57,660 bases of DNA. Source: Paraspadella gotoi (lineage: Eukaryota > Animalia > Chaetognatha). Position numbers and translations under genes: made by a program. Below are positions 36,561 through 51,140 of this stretch, piece by piece. The stretch spans positions 11,051,392 through 11,109,051 of the forward strand of contig CM119271.1 in assembly GCA_051294375.1 (NCBI GenBank), given 5' to 3'. Within the stretch, counting starts at the first letter, position 1; every line of letters starts with the position of its first letter. A model generated the notes under the pieces. It saw only the letters and a list, made by a program, of their open reading frames with translations, had not been told where the DNA came from and did no database searches.

Positions 36561-36754
36561 NNNNNNNNNNAAAATACTATTATCTCAATCATAACAACGA
36601 CATTGTTCGCTCACACTCGTTCACCTCACCTCCTCTTTTTCTCCCCATTCACTCATACTCTTTTCCTCTCACGTTCCTTCACTAACCGATTAAACATCCT
36701 TAATTGCATTCACGGCCATTTCTTTCCCTCTTCATTCATTAAATTCACACACGG

Positions 36755-36786
<32 letters not shown>

Positions 36787-36788
<2 letters not shown>

Positions 36789-39700
36789 ACGGTCCGGCGA
36801 CGCCACTTTAACGGCGGCAAAAAAAAACGACGGACGACAGACATGAAGAATGCAAGAATGAAGAAGAAGAATGAAAGATGGAAAAGTGGATTTAAATGAA
36901 AAGAAAAAAATTTGAGAAAAAAAATGGAAAAGAAAAAGTTGGAGAGAGAGGGAGAGAGAAAAAACAGGAAGAGTCGGACTGAGAGAAGAGAGGAGAGAAG
37001 AGAGATGAGAGAGAGAGAGAAGAGGAGGAGAGAGAGAGAGAAGGAGAGGGATGAGAGACGACGGGAAAGAGGAGAGAGTGATATAAGTTATTATTTAAAC
37101 GGCACCGGTTGCTCCTCCCTTTACTATCTTTTTCTTTTTTTCCTCTCCTCTACCCTCCATTCATAATTACGTCTTCTCGTCTTGAAGCTTTTTATTTTTT
37201 TTTTTTTGTTTTTTTTTTGTTTTCCCCTCCATCCTCTCCGTTTACGATAAAAAAGAAAAAATAAATGCTCCTCCTCTCTTCTAGCTTTTTCTTTTTTTTC
37301 TTCCCTTTTTGGCCCTGCCTACCGAAATAAAGGATTCGCTTTTTGGGCAACGCATGACGAATGAAATATAATCCTCTCTCTTCCTCCTTCTCCTCTCTCT
37401 CCTCTCTCTCTTCTCTCATTTCTTCTCTTTATCCTTGCTGACTCTACAGTTATATGTCATAAAGAAACTTACCCAATTACAACCAAATAAAAAACCTAAA
37501 CTAACCAATTCCCAAAATAAACCACCCATCATCATTTCGTTCATCATTACTTCTTTCCCTCTCTCCTGAGCCTCTTTCCGGTCATGAGTCATTACATTAA
37601 TTTTTCCTTCCCCGCCAGCAAATATGATTTCGGAATGCTTAGGTTGTTGAAGTATTAATAGGGATGAATAGAGGTATTCTACGATCTCTTAAAACTAATA
37701 TATAACAGGGTCTGTCACCGCTAAAAGCTGTGGAGTATAACATAACTGTAAGATTAATACTTAAAGAAGGAGAATCATGAATTAGTTTTTATCTTTTAAA
37801 TCTTTCCATCGCATGTTTAGGGTTGACGAGTTTTCTTCAGTTAGGTAATCAGATGGAGAGGAAAGGAGTGATGGAATATGATACTACTCTTATATTTTGA
37901 ATGGAGCTGGGAGATGGGATGCGGAATTAAAGATGGCGCGGAAGGGAGGTGGTACTGTGCCCTGAGAATGCTCTAGGAATAAAGAAAAAATGAGAGTGTA
38001 AGGCGAGTTAAGGTGTTAGGATGGAATAAGATATTAATGTGCGAACATGTTGGTCGGTCGTTTAAACATGATCTCGTGATAATTTTACCTATATATTATA
38101 ATTTAAGATTTTACAGCTGATCTCGTAAATATATCGAGTATAATAGTATATTGTGTAGTCCCTCAACGGTGAAAATTTTAACTCATCAGTAATTTTTAAT
38201 TATTGATTATTAATTTAAATTGATTATTAATCCAGATTTAATGTAAAAAAAACATATAAAAAAACATCTCAAATTATATTAATACTAGAATTGATTAGTA
38301 TTTATTAAATTATAATTACGGTCGCGTTAAGGGTACGCGGGACTTTCAAAAATTATCGTAGAGCATGGCGCAGAATATTATAAGACGGATCGTGTTTTTG
38401 ATCAGCAAAATAAGAATCTACCTAGATAAAATTACTCAGGTGAAGTTAGAGTAACGTTCCACGATTGCTGGGAAGATACATTTAAATATTGTGAGCTTAT
38501 CTCGCTCTCGCTCACCATGACGATGACTGAGAGTATATTGAAAAAATGGAGTATGTGAATATAGGATTAAATAAACTAGGAAAGAGGAGTTTAGCGATCG
38601 AAAATTTAAGAAATAGAGTTAGAGGTATATAAATCGTGTAACATTGAGATTTCGCTGTCAGAATGATGAATGAGAGGGTGGTTCGACGGTGGGAGCGAGA
38701 GGTGTAAGTTAAGAAGGGGTAGTGGTGATATTATTACGACTCAAGGATAGGATGACTTGATGTGAATATGCGTTATATAAATATTTTAACTCCGCTCTAG
38801 ACGAAAGGAAGGAATTTAGAGGGTGTTTAAGGAGGATAGTCGACGAGACACTGTATATTATTTAGATAATTCGTCTCTTCTGGTCGTACTGTTGGTGTTT
38901 TTATGATTTTAGCCGTATTATTATCTTTAGTTAGTATGACCTTTAGTATTTAATATCACGAAAATTAAAAATTACTTAAAGACCGGTTTAATAAGTTGGT
39001 CTGTGATATTGAAGAGTTTGGGTTACCAGACATGATAGTTATATTTTATAATGATGTGGTATGATACAGTGTGGCGGCCTCTTCTCGTGTTGTCTCGTGC
39101 AGAGGTGACTCTCATCGAATTGCACCGACGAGCTGACGGACGGATAGAACGCTGTAGTTGTGACTAGTGGCGGACAGAAATAAGACTCCAGACTTGTTCG
39201 CCCTCACATACTAAAGCTTTAAATGTTCTGATCTCCAGGATTCCTGTTTTTCGTTGCCGTCTTACTCCTCTGTTCTCTCTCAGTAATTTTTTTATAGTAT
39301 GTCCACTGAAAAGCCTTTGTATGTTTTCAGGTGAAAAATTTTCTACAAAAGAGTAACTTATTTCTTTTATTTTTTTCTGTTATATCTTTACTGATTATTT
39401 GAAAGCAGGTTTTAAGGAAAAGGACACAAAATATATAAATAGAATTTTGATAGTACATGGTGGTATAAATACAATTACGAATAAAGCGGTGGATTAATAC
39501 AGTACAAAATCTCCTCTACAGAACTCCGTTCCGTGAATGAAAGACTTGATACCATCGTTATAAATTAGATCTATTAGAAACAAATTGAGTGGATTTTACT
39601 CCCTGTAATTGTGAAAATTTTTTTTTCCTAATACCTTTTATTCTCAGGATCTTTCTTTTTCATTGGTTGAATGATGTCTTGGCCACTACTGTTGCTTTTT

Positions 39701-41127
39701 GTTACTTTGTTTATATGACTCTTGCTTTTTTTCTCTTGTGTTATATTTTTATAGAATATAAAGAGTGAAAAAATGGTTTGTTATCTACTCTTTTAAGAAA
39801 ACTAATACAAAACACACCATAATGTTAAAAAGAGGAGAATGAAGCTAAAGTTATTGGATACAGAGGATGGGTAAAACAGCATACGGTTTTTTACGGGCAT
39901 TGTTCGAAATTAAATTAAACCAAGTTTCTATAATTATAAAAAGATAAATATACCCCCCAAAAAAATGGGTGGGTACACTTTATACTGTCCCAAATACTCA
40001 CGCCCGCAAACGCTCGAAACAAATAATACTATCAACTCGAACAGTTATACAATGAAGATCGAAATCCGGTGTTCGCTTACTGTATAACATGCCTCGAGAC
40101 AATACCCACGCCGTTCCCCCCAAAAAAAAATAAATTCACTCTAAAATCCATTTCGGAAAACAAAACTCTCCATTTTTCATTGGCTTTCCCTTAGTTTCAA
40201 CAAATTTGCCTTCTTCTTCTGTTCAACTTTCTTTTGGATACATTCTCCATTCGGTACCCATTTTTTTTTCATTTTTTTCGGAACAAAAATTTCTTTTTTT
40301 TTTTATTTTTTACTTTTTTATCCGAATTTTTTCGGTTTTTATTTTATTAGAGAAAGAGAAATAAAGTTTATTTTTTTATTTGTCTGGTTTTGTGTTTTTT
40401 AAATTTGTATCTTCGTTCGTTATCGGTTGCTGTTTTTTGTATGTCAATTTTTGGTTAATATCGTTTTTTGTGTATAATTTTATTGTTACATTAAATATCA
40501 ATTTACTTTTTTTGATTCGTTATTTGTATTAACGAATAAGGACCATGTAAGATTATTTGATTTTTTTTTTTTTACGGCTTCCTTTATTTTTTTAATCGTG
40601 GATTGTTCTTTGTTTTTTGTTTAGTTTTTTCTCTTCTTCTGTTTCTATAGGTTTATTTCTTTTTTCTGTTGTTTACTTTAAGATTGTTAAATAAATAAAA
40701 AAACAATTTCTTTGACTGGCATAATAGTTCAATTACGTCTTCCTTTTTAATTGCAGTCCACAAAAGTATCTTTTTTCGAATTTGTGCCGGATTTATTTTT
40801 CTTTCCTCGCAGTTGCACAAATAAAAATAAACCTGCAAAGACCCAAGAAAGAAAATAATAATTAGTTTCCCCGTTTTTTTAGCGATAACAGCATTGGATC
40901 GATCTATAAATAAAATTCAAGCACGAATCTAATGTCGGACTTTTCAATAAAAAAATCAAAAAAAAGAAGTTTCGTTGTCAGTCCGTCTGTCGGTTTGTCG
41001 TCTTTCAAGAGACGGATGGAAACAAAAATGTTCCTGGCGCGGTTTGTGTGTTATCATTAAAAACCACTCGAGTTTCAAGTATATCAGTTGTTTTATGTTC
41101 GGACTTTAATTTACTTCCTGTCTTAAC
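36787..41127 (+). repeat. 4341 bp direct duplication, copy 2
   Basis: Begins ccacggtccggcgacgcc and ends cctgtcttaac, as in copy 1. Confidence 0.97.
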
Positions 41128-44100
41128 CCGAGGGAAAAAAAAGTAACGATCGAACAGACGCACCTTAAAACCAGAAGAGCTTTATTTCCCAGGAACCGCC
41201 CGTGTGCTTTCTTAAATTTTTAGATTTATTTTTTTTTATTAAATGATTAGGTGTTGATTATATTAGGTTAGTTTTTATGGTTAAGGGATTAGTAGGGATT
41301 GTTTGTGAATAAGTTAGAGTTATTATGAGTTATGGTAAAATGTAGGGGTGGGCCACTCAGCAGGCAATTGAAACGTAGTGTATCCTGGGCTTGCGGTTTT
41401 TTAAAGCTATCTTTTCCGCCTTTCCGCAGAAATAAGGTTGCCGATTGGCCCAATGGAACCCTAGTTCCTAATGTAACTGGGTAATTACTTTTACGCATAC
41501 TGAAGTCTCTAATGACTAAAGAGTGCTTATGCTTTATAAAGTGGTTGATTGAAGCTTATACCAACTTACGCCGAATCAGGGGAGGATCATATTAAATTTA
41601 AAGTATTGATTAATTAATGTTATAGTTTAAAAATTATTAGGGTTGCTTTGATTTGGATAGGTTCTGAAGATCTTAACAATAGTTGTTAGGGTGTAGTTTG
41701 TGTTCGTATGCATTACGAGCGACGACAATATGAGAAACAGATCAGGCGCATTAGGACTGATTAGTTCTTTATTGACGGTCAAAGAATTAAAAACGTTCTT
41801 TGGAACTATAACGAATTTATATTGTAGTGTGGGGCGTTATTTCGTGAATTTAGTGAAGCTTCAATCAAATGTAAATAAAGAAAAAAAAATATTTTTCAAT
41901 CCATTTTCTTCTTTCTTTNNNNNNNNNNNNNNNNNNNNNNNNNGGGGGGGTGTGGCTGCATTGGAGAGTTGTGTGGAGAGAAATATAAGTTGGAAACTAA
42001 AAAACGGGAATATTTATTTAAAAAAGATTAAAAAAGGAAAAAAAAAGGTGTGATCGGTGTTTGAGAACCGTTGCGCTTGTTCTCCCAGATCGATTCTCCA
42101 CTTAATTCTTCCATCCGTTCTCCCATCCACATTCCACATTCCATTAGAGTAATTCTCCTATACAGTATTCAATTACTGATTCCTTCAGTTACATTTCAAA
42201 CCTTTTTTTCCCTGTGTCCTTTCATAAGTTTTTTCCATCTATTCTCTCGACTTTTATTCCATCTGAAATTCCGTCTTTCTTTTCCATCCGTTCTCTAATC
42301 CGCTTTTCCATCGGTTCTTTCATAGGTTCTTCCATCTGTTCCCTCAGCCGATATCCCATCTGATCTTAATCTGTGTTCTCCCAACTGTTCTCCCATCTGT
42401 TCTCCTCTCATCTTCCAGCTTTTCCCGACTCTTCTCCCTTCAATTAAACTCTTTTGTTTCTCCTCGCGGTTTTTTTTTTCAATCTGATTTCCGTTTAGTT
42501 CTTTCTTTCACCAGTTCTTCCATTGATTCTCATCGTTCTTCAATCCTTTTACATATTTCATCTGTCTCCGTCCTGTTCTCCAATCTGTTTTCCTCTCCGT
42601 TCTTCCATCTCTTTTCCCATCCGTTCATTTCATCGTTCTCCTATTCGTTCTCCCATCGATTCTCCCACGCGGTTTTCCCGCAACGCGTCGGTCACGAGGG
42701 ATCGCGAGTTTGACTGTCGACTTTAGGGTGGAAAATCAACTTCGCTGGACCTTGGATGGTGAGTGACGGAGAGTAGAGAGAGAAAGAGAGAGAGAGAGAG
42801 AGAAGAGGAGAGAGAGAGGAGAGAGAGAGAAAGAGAGAGAGAGGAGAGTAGGAGAAAAAAGGGAAAAAGAGAGAGAGGAAAGAGAGACGAGAGAGAGAGG
42901 AGAGAGAGAGAGAGATGAGAGAAGAGACGAAGTAGAAAAAAGAGGAAATAGATAGAGAGGGAAAGGTGAGAGAGAGAGACGAGAGGAGAAGAGACGAGAG
43001 AGAGAGAGAGAGAGAGAGATGAGAGAGAGAGAGGAGTAGAGAAAAAAGAGGAAAAGAGAGGAGGGAAAGAGAGAGAGAGGAAGAGAGAGAGGAGAGAGAG
43101 GAGAGAGAGAGAGAGAGTGAGAGAGAGAGAGAGAGTAAGAGAGGAGAGGAATGGCCTTCGATGTTTCATNNNNNNNNNNNNNNNNNNNNNNNNNGAAGAG
43201 GGAAGCACACAGAGAGGACATGGCTCCTAGTGAATAGTGCAATGTGGAGAGGATGTTTGAATCGCCGTTACGTGAAGGAAAGTAAGGGAGCCCGTGGAGA
43301 GGGAAAGAAGGTCTATGAGTTGAGGAATGGCGGGAGAAAAAGAGAATAGGAGGTGAGTCGTGAACGAGTGTGAGCGAACAATGTGCGCCCGTCAAACTCG
43401 ATAGTTTCCTCTGTTTTTTTTAGGTTTTCGCCTGTTTATGATTTAGATAATAGGTATTTTTGTAATCCGTGTGAAAAAAATTACAAAATTTACTTGTTTA
43501 ATTTTTCAATTTTTATAATAATATCCAAAATTAATGTAAACAAACACATAATAAAAAAAACATTCTCAAATATAATACAAATTTAAAATATTTTATAAAT
43601 ATTAATTATTCGCGGCTCTACAGTACGCGACTCAAAATATTATCATAGAGATGCCGGAAATATTAGAACTGAGAGAGAACTCTTTTTTGTGATCAGCAAA
43701 CACTTAAAAACTACAAATAGTCACTGCATATATCTTAATCGTACAAACGCATTCTTATAATTAATATTCAAAAACACGCATATTACCACATAGTTTAAAT
43801 ACAAAAAAAATACAAAACGCAATTTAAGAGGATAAAACGACTTATAGCGTCGTGGGTTCACGTGAGCGAGAAATGTAAAAAAAGTCAGTTTTCTTATAAA
43901 AATTCTGTTTTGCATAAAGATAATCTTTTTTTTTCGCCGCGTAACGGCATGGAGGTAGCTTACTACTTAAGTAAGTAGTAGGTCGCTTACATTTTTAGTT
44001 CAGCAGGCGGAACGTGTTTTTTTTAGTGGCCTTTTTTTTTAAAGTTATGACTTTAGTATTTAATATCACGAAAAATTTAAAATTACTAAAGCACACGTAA

Positions 44101-45976
44101 ACTAAGTTGCGGATAAGTTTGCCGAAATATGCAAACTCGTTTCTCATAGGAGCATCTTCTTCCGGGAAGACGATGACGACGACGACGACGAAACTCGATG
44201 ACGATTGACGACGATAATCCAGGGCTTTCCACATCTGTCCTTCGTTCGTCGTCGTCTTCCTCATTTCTTGTTTCGACAAAATTTCAAAAAGAAATATTAA
44301 ACGCCCATGCGGGACAACAAAAAAAAAAAAAAAAAAAAAAACACAATTTCCGGATTAAAATCGTCAAAAATCTCCGTTTTAGGAGCCAAATCCTGGGATT
44401 TTGATTGAAATTTCCACCTTTTACGAACCATTTTTTCCATCTGAATTCATGTCTTCAACAATTGTTGCTTATTGTTAATGTTTTATGTTTTTATTGTATT
44501 TTATCGGAAAAAGTTTGTATCGCTCTTAGAAAACTTGATACAACGACAAAATTTGCTTAAAGGCAGAGAATGAAGCAAGTTTGGATACGTGGAGCGGATG
44601 GAAAAAAACAACGGGCATTGTTTCGAAATTAAAATTAAACAAGGTTTTCTATTAATTATAAAAAGGATGAAATCCCATTAACCCCCCAAAAATATTTTCA
44701 TATTTCATATTTTTCTACTTGACTTCCCAAAACCGCCGCAAGCGAAAAATAACACTTCAAACTCGACAGTTTATTCAATTACTGAATACATGACTGTAAA
44801 CCTCTACCTAATAAGACTCTCTTACGCAAGATCCTAAAGGTCTTTAAACATTCCCGTCGACGTACAATTACCCCCCTTCCCTTACAAAACTAAATGAAAT
44901 TCAGCCTCTAACAATTCTCATCTCGAACAAAAGAGCCTCCTTGATGTGTTTACTTGTCGAGTTTTCTCCTTTTCAACAATTATTCCCTTCCTTCGTCACT
45001 TTTATGCTTTTTGGATAAAATTCTCCATTTCGTCTACATTTTTTTTTCATTCTCGAACAAAGAGAATTTTTCCTTTCTTTTCTTTTTTATTTATATTTTT
45101 TCTCTACATCCGAATATTTTTTTCGCTTATATTTTCTTAATTTATGCAGATTATATGAGACAAAAAAACTCCCTTCGGGCATAAGAGTTTTATTTTTTTT
45201 TTTGTATTTGTTTTTGGTTTTTAAAGTTGTTTTCGTGCTTTCGTCGTAAGTTGAATTATGTGCTTTATTATCCTTATTTGTGTGGATGTTCGTGATTATT
45301 AAGGAGAAAGGGAATTGAAGAATTGATTTTTTTACGCGCTTCTCTAGTAATTTTTTCTTGATGTCAATAATATTGTTTTTTTGTTTTTTTAATTTTTTGT
45401 GTCGTACCTGTTTTTTTTCGCGGGCAAATAATTAATAATCTCCCTCTTTTTTTTTTCCACAAAAGTTCTTTTTCGAATTTTTTTTTCTTCCCTCGCAGGT
45501 TGCACAAAAAAAAAAACCTGCAAAGAAGATAAGAACAAAAATACATTAATAGTTTTCCGTTTTTAAATAAGCGACTAAAATACTAATTTTGGAATCTATA
45601 ATATATAAAGCGAATTCGTAATTCGATTTTATTCAAATAACAAATCATAAAAAAAAAGGAATCTTTCGTTGTCAGTCCGTTCTTGTCCGGTTTGTCCCGT
45701 TCCTTCAAATGAGGACAGATGGCTAATTCAAAAATTGTTTGGTTCCAAGTTCGTTAAAGTGGGATTTTTTTGTTATCATCTCTAAAAAGTGCCAATCGAG
45801 TTTCCAACACGTATATCAGCGTTTCTCATCTTTCTACCCTCCCGTCTAGCTCTCCTCACCCTCCTTTCTAATCATATCTCTCTCTCATTCTTCTCACCTT
45901 CTCCCTCGTCTTTCCTCTTTCTCAATAACTCTCTTCTACTCTCCGGTCAAAATTACAATACATCTCTTCTCTTCTA

Positions 45977-48860
45977 CCGCATCGAAACAGAGCGCACCTA
46001 AACCAGAAGAGCTTTATTTCCCAGGAACGCCCGCATTGCCTACTCTCTCTCTATACTCTAACTTCTTATAATTACTTTTCAATAAATAATCTTTTCCCAG
46101 TGGCTATTTAAATGATTTCGTGGATTGTTTGGGATTACTCGTTCCTCAGGGTTTGTTACCTCGGGCTCTAATCAAATGTGTTTAGCGCTTAAGGATAAGG
46201 ATTAAGTTAACGGTAGTCCTGTTGTAGAGTCTGGCATGATAGAATATTTATGAGACTTGCCCGCAAACCGAGGTTGACGGATACATTATTGTGATACACA
46301 CATACAAAATCAGCGATGCTGAAAAGCTTGGAACGGGTCCGTCGCGGGGCTCTTTCTTGTTCGGTTTTTCAAAGCTAATCTCTCCCGCTTTCCCGCGCAG
46401 GATAAGCAGTCCATTGGCAATCGAACCAGTACCTAATGGTCATAAGCTGCATCGCTGTATTACCTTAATCAGCCTGACTGTAGTGCTATAGTACTAAGAA
46501 AGGAGAGGTGCTATGGCTTTAATAAAAGTGAGTGTGTCAGATTGGCACGCGGTAAACTTATACAATACTCCCGAAAGTACAGCAGGGTAAGAAATTAAGG
46601 ACTGTGAAAATAGGGGTCGTGGATCGGTTAGGGTTGCAAGATGCTAGGCTTAGGTGTGTGTTAGCGGAACAGTATCAGGGTTAGGAATTGAGGGTCATAG
46701 TAAAAAGACGCAAAATTAACATATTCTGGAGATAAACGAACGGAAATTGTGAGACAGGACGCATGTGGAAGAACGGAGAAGGGAAGCTTCAAAAAGAATT
46801 AAAGAAAAAAAAAAAACCCGGATCTCGTGAAGACTGGCGAATGAAAACTTGGAAGTGAGAAATGAAAAAACGAAAAAAACAAATTAGAAACAGAAAGAAG
46901 AGAACCAAAAGAAGGAAAAAAGAAAAAACGAACAGAAACAACGAGGTCCATCTGATTTGGATTCAGATTGAAGACGTCAGAGGATTCTCTGCATGACTGG
47001 GCAACAGTGGAGAGACCAGTTTTCTTGTCTTTCGGCACGCGAGATGGGAACCGGACTGGAAACGAGACGGACGGAATCCGACGCAGCAAGAGCCCCTCGA
47101 CCTGCTTTTTTTCTTCCTTGAGCGTTGTGTGCGCCTTGGGCCCTTAACCCGCTTTGCCTTACTCGTACGTCTTGTGCCGGATGAGTGGCTAACTCAGAGA
47201 CTTGACGGGACCGAACGGACGCGGGAGTGGAGAAGGGCGAAGGAGGGGGTGAGGTGGAGGAGGAAGCAGCGAGAGAGCTGAGGAGGAGTCAGGAGGAGGA
47301 GGAGAGGACATTAACACGAAGAGGATGACGAAAGGAGAGGGAGGAGAGAGAAAGAGGAAGAGAGAGGGCGGATGAGGGGAAAGACAAAGGAAGAGCAAGG
47401 AGATGGGAGAGCAAAGAAAGAAGAAGAGAACGAAAGAAAAAAAGGAAAAAGGAAAAGAGGAGAGAACGAATGAAGGAAAGAAAGAGAAAAGGAAGAGAAA
47501 GACAGAATAGAGAAATAAAGAAAGAAAGAAAGAAGAAGGATGAAGGAAGAAGAAGAAAAAAGAAGAAAAGAGAAAAAAAAGATAGAAAGAAATACGGAAA
47601 TAAAGAAAAAAGACAACAAGAAGAAAGACGAAAGTGAAGAAAAAAAAGAAAGAAAAGAAAAGAAAAAAGGAGCAAGAGGAAGAGAGAGAAAAGAAAAGGC
47701 GGAAGCAAAGAGGGAAAGGATAGAAGAAAGAAGAAAGAAGAAATATGATAAGAAGAAACGTAAAGAGAAAAAGAGAAAAAGAAGAGATGGAAGAAAGTGA
47801 AAGATATATGAAAGTTAGATAAAACTTATTTTAAAAAAAGTTAAGAAATGGCAAAAGAGAAAGAAAAGAAGGAAATAAGAAAGAAAAAAGAAAAAGAAGA
47901 AATAAAAAAAACAAAAAAAAACCGAAAAGAATAAAAGAGGAGAAAGGAGAAGAAAAAAGAAAGAGAAGGGGAAAGAAAAAGAAACAGAAGGAGAAAGATA
48001 GAAAGAACCATAATAAAAGAATCAAAGAAAGAAAGAAATGAAAAGATAAGAGAAAGCAGAAAAAGAAAGGAAAGAAGCAACATAAGGAAGAAAAGAAAGG
48101 AAAGAAGGAGCAAATTGAAATTATAGAAAGTTAAGATATAAATAATTTTAAAAAATTAGAAAGTTGTGAAAGACGTCAGAAGAAAGAAATAAAAAAGAAA
48201 AAAATCTATTTAAAGGTTTATAATCTGGGCAGGATTGAAACCAGATGACTTGGCCGTTAAAAGAGTATCACCCAAAGAAAAATACGTATATTCTGGATCT
48301 GGAATATTTCATACCAAATAGAAAGATAGAAGAAGAAACAGAGCGATATCACGTTTAGATCATATACATTTAGATTATTGTGTTAAAAAAAGAGTTAGTT
48401 TGGCTTAAGTCGTAAATTGAGGACGTGGGATAAACTCGTTGTTTCTACATATTAAGTTAAACCTATAAAAAATATTGTAATAATGCGATATAAATTCATC
48501 ACCCTTAAAAATTTATAAAGGATACGAAGAATGTTGTGTATAGTGTCGAAGGTAAAAAAAACGCGTCCAACAATAAAAGTCAGCTTGGACCCCAGAAAAT
48601 ATTGAACAAAAAGAGCACTCGAATTAAAAAGAAGAGAGGAAGGAAAAACGGAGGCCCTCCAAAAAAAAAGAAAGAAAAAAGAAAAGGAAGGTGAGGAGGG
48701 AGTAGGACAAGGAAGGAAAGCAATAAAAAGAGAGAAAAAACACACGTCGAGAGGAGAGAAAAGACTGAACGAATATAAAAAAGAAATTCTGGGAATAGAA
48801 GGAAGCGGAAGGAGCAGGAGAGGCAGAGGAAGGAAAGAAACGAGGAGCAGAAGCAGAAGA
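45977..48860. repeat. Noisy inverted copy of the ~25.8-28.85 kb region; second inverted copy of 28310-28871 at 41128-~41760
   Basis: The anchor aaaccagaagagctttatttcccaggaa (~46001 and ~41168) is the reverse complement of ~28803-28830. 47000-47200 is the reverse complement of the 26340-26540 unit. 48640-48800 is the reverse complement of 27470-27580. Confidence 0.85.
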
Positions 48861-50282
48861 GACTAAGGTGAGGAAGGGAAAGGAGAGGAGAAGGAGCGGG
48901 AAAAGAAAGGGAGAGAAAGAAAGGAGACGAAGGAAAGAAGAAAAATAAAAAATGAGAGAGACGAAGGAGAGGATGAGAAGAAAGGACAAAAACAAGAAAG
49001 AAAGAAAGAAAGAAAAAAAAAAGAGCGAAGAAAGAAGGAGAGAGAGGAAAGAGAGAGAGAGAGAGAGAAGAGATGAGAGAGAGGAGAGAAAAAGAGAAGA
49101 GAGAGAGGAAGTAGGAAGAATAGAAAGGGAGAAGAGAGAAGAGAGAAAGAGAAGAAGAGCAGAAGGAGAGAGAGAGAGAGAGAGGAAGAGAGTAGAAGTA
49201 GAAAAAAGTAGGAAAAAGATAGAGAGGGAAAGTGAGAGAGAGAGAGAGAGAGAGAGTAGAGAGAGAGAGAGAGGAGAGATGAGAGAGTGAGAGTGAGTGG
49301 CGAGATGCTAGTATTATAAAGAGTGAAATTAGAGAGAGATAGGGATAAGAGAGAGAGAGGAAAGAGAGAGACGGAGAGGAGAGAGACGAGAGAGAGAGAG
49401 AGTGAGAGAGAGAGAGAGAGTAGAGAGAGAGGAATGCTTTCGATTGTTTCACTTTCGAGTGGCGGCGAAAGTGCGCCGCCGCAGTCTGCTCTGCGACGCC
49501 GGCGGTCGGCGGCGGCGTCGGCGTTCGTGGCGTCGTTGGCGGCGGCGTCGGCGGCGGCGCTGCGGCGTCGACTTATCAAGAGTTCGTTCCCTGCTTATCT
49601 CTACTTTTTTTTTCCTTCGTCTCTTTAATTACGCGAATGTAAAAATCTCTCGGAAGTTGATTGAAAAAAAAGAAAAAAATCTCACGTTTGATTGAAAAAA
49701 AAAATTAGCTTGTGACTGAGTGATAAGCTAAGTTCATACGTTGATTAAAAACATGGGTTTTTGTATTTTATTGAGTCTACAGATGAGTAGACGAGATTTA
49801 GATATTGTGGCGGGCATTTGCTCATGTTTATAACCGCATTTAAATAATCAGATTTATATTGATTTATTGGATTCAACAGATGGAAGATTTAAAAGTTGTC
49901 TTAAAAAATATGGTGGTTGCAGTCGATTCAAAATGTTATTTTGGATTAGTGACATGTTTAAATTAGGCTATTGAATGATAATTGTAATCTTTAAAAAAAT
50001 ATATAAAAAAAATAAAGAAAAAAACCCAGAGTACTCCTCGGCAAAGTCCATCATAAAATAATCTCAAACACAAAATCTAAAAATNNNNNNNNNNATTCTC
50101 TTTTCCCTTTTTAGCCAACGAAGTACAGCGCGAAACGCATAAAACTCGCGAAGAGAAAATTATTTTTTAATTGGGGTCGTGAAATCGAATTCCTTCGCTT
50201 CTCGGAATAACCTTGACCGGAAACGACTTGACCGAGCTTGGCCACGCCCATTTTATGATCTCTACTCTCTACTCTCTCTCTA

Positions 50283-50313
<31 letters not shown>

Positions 50314-51140
50314 TCTCTATCAAAACGTCCTAATGCTCGCGGTCGCACGCAATGCGTTCAACGGATTTTTTTTTCGATTGACAGAATTAAAAGTGACTTT
50401 GGCTTTAATCCAGTCGTCATCGTCGTCGTCGTCGTCGTTGTTGTCGTCGTTGTTGTCGTCGTCGTTTTCGTCGTCGTCTTCGTCGTCTTTCGTTTTTAAT
50501 GAACTCGAAATCTCGCAAAAGTTTGATGCATAGAAACAGCATAAAATAAGAACAACAAACAAAATAGCAAACAAAATATCTCTTGCTCCCTCTGTTGAGA
50601 AGATTTTCTTACAAATCTTTTTCGTGCATCCTTTCGAGAAAAGGGCGTTCGTAAGTACACGTTTAGTACGGGCACNNNNNNNNNNNNNNNNNNNNNNNNN
50701 NNNNNNNNNNNNNNNNNNNNNNNNNNNNNNNNNNNNNNNNNNNNNNNNNNNNNNNNNNNNNNNNNNNNNNNNNNNNNNNNNNNNNNNNNNNNNNNNNNNN
50801 NNNNNNNNNNNNNNNNNNNNNNNNNNNNNNNNNNNNNNNNNNNNNNNNNNNNNNNNNNNNNNNNNNNNNNNNNNNNNNNNNNNNNNNNNNNNNNNNNNNN
50901 NNNNNNNNNNNNNNNNNNNNNNNNNGAGAGAGAGAGAGAGAGAGAGATGTGGGCGTATCTTGATGATGTCTTCTCTCCTTTTGTTTGTCTTAACTTCTTG
51001 ATTATTTTCTTTTTCTTTTTCTAATTTTTCTTCTTTTTTTTTTCGACACGAAATTCGACTTCGCTGCAATCATCGATTTCTTCCTCTTGGTTGTTGTTGT
51101 TGTTATCATAGTCGTCGTCGTCTTCATCGCCGTCGTTTTT

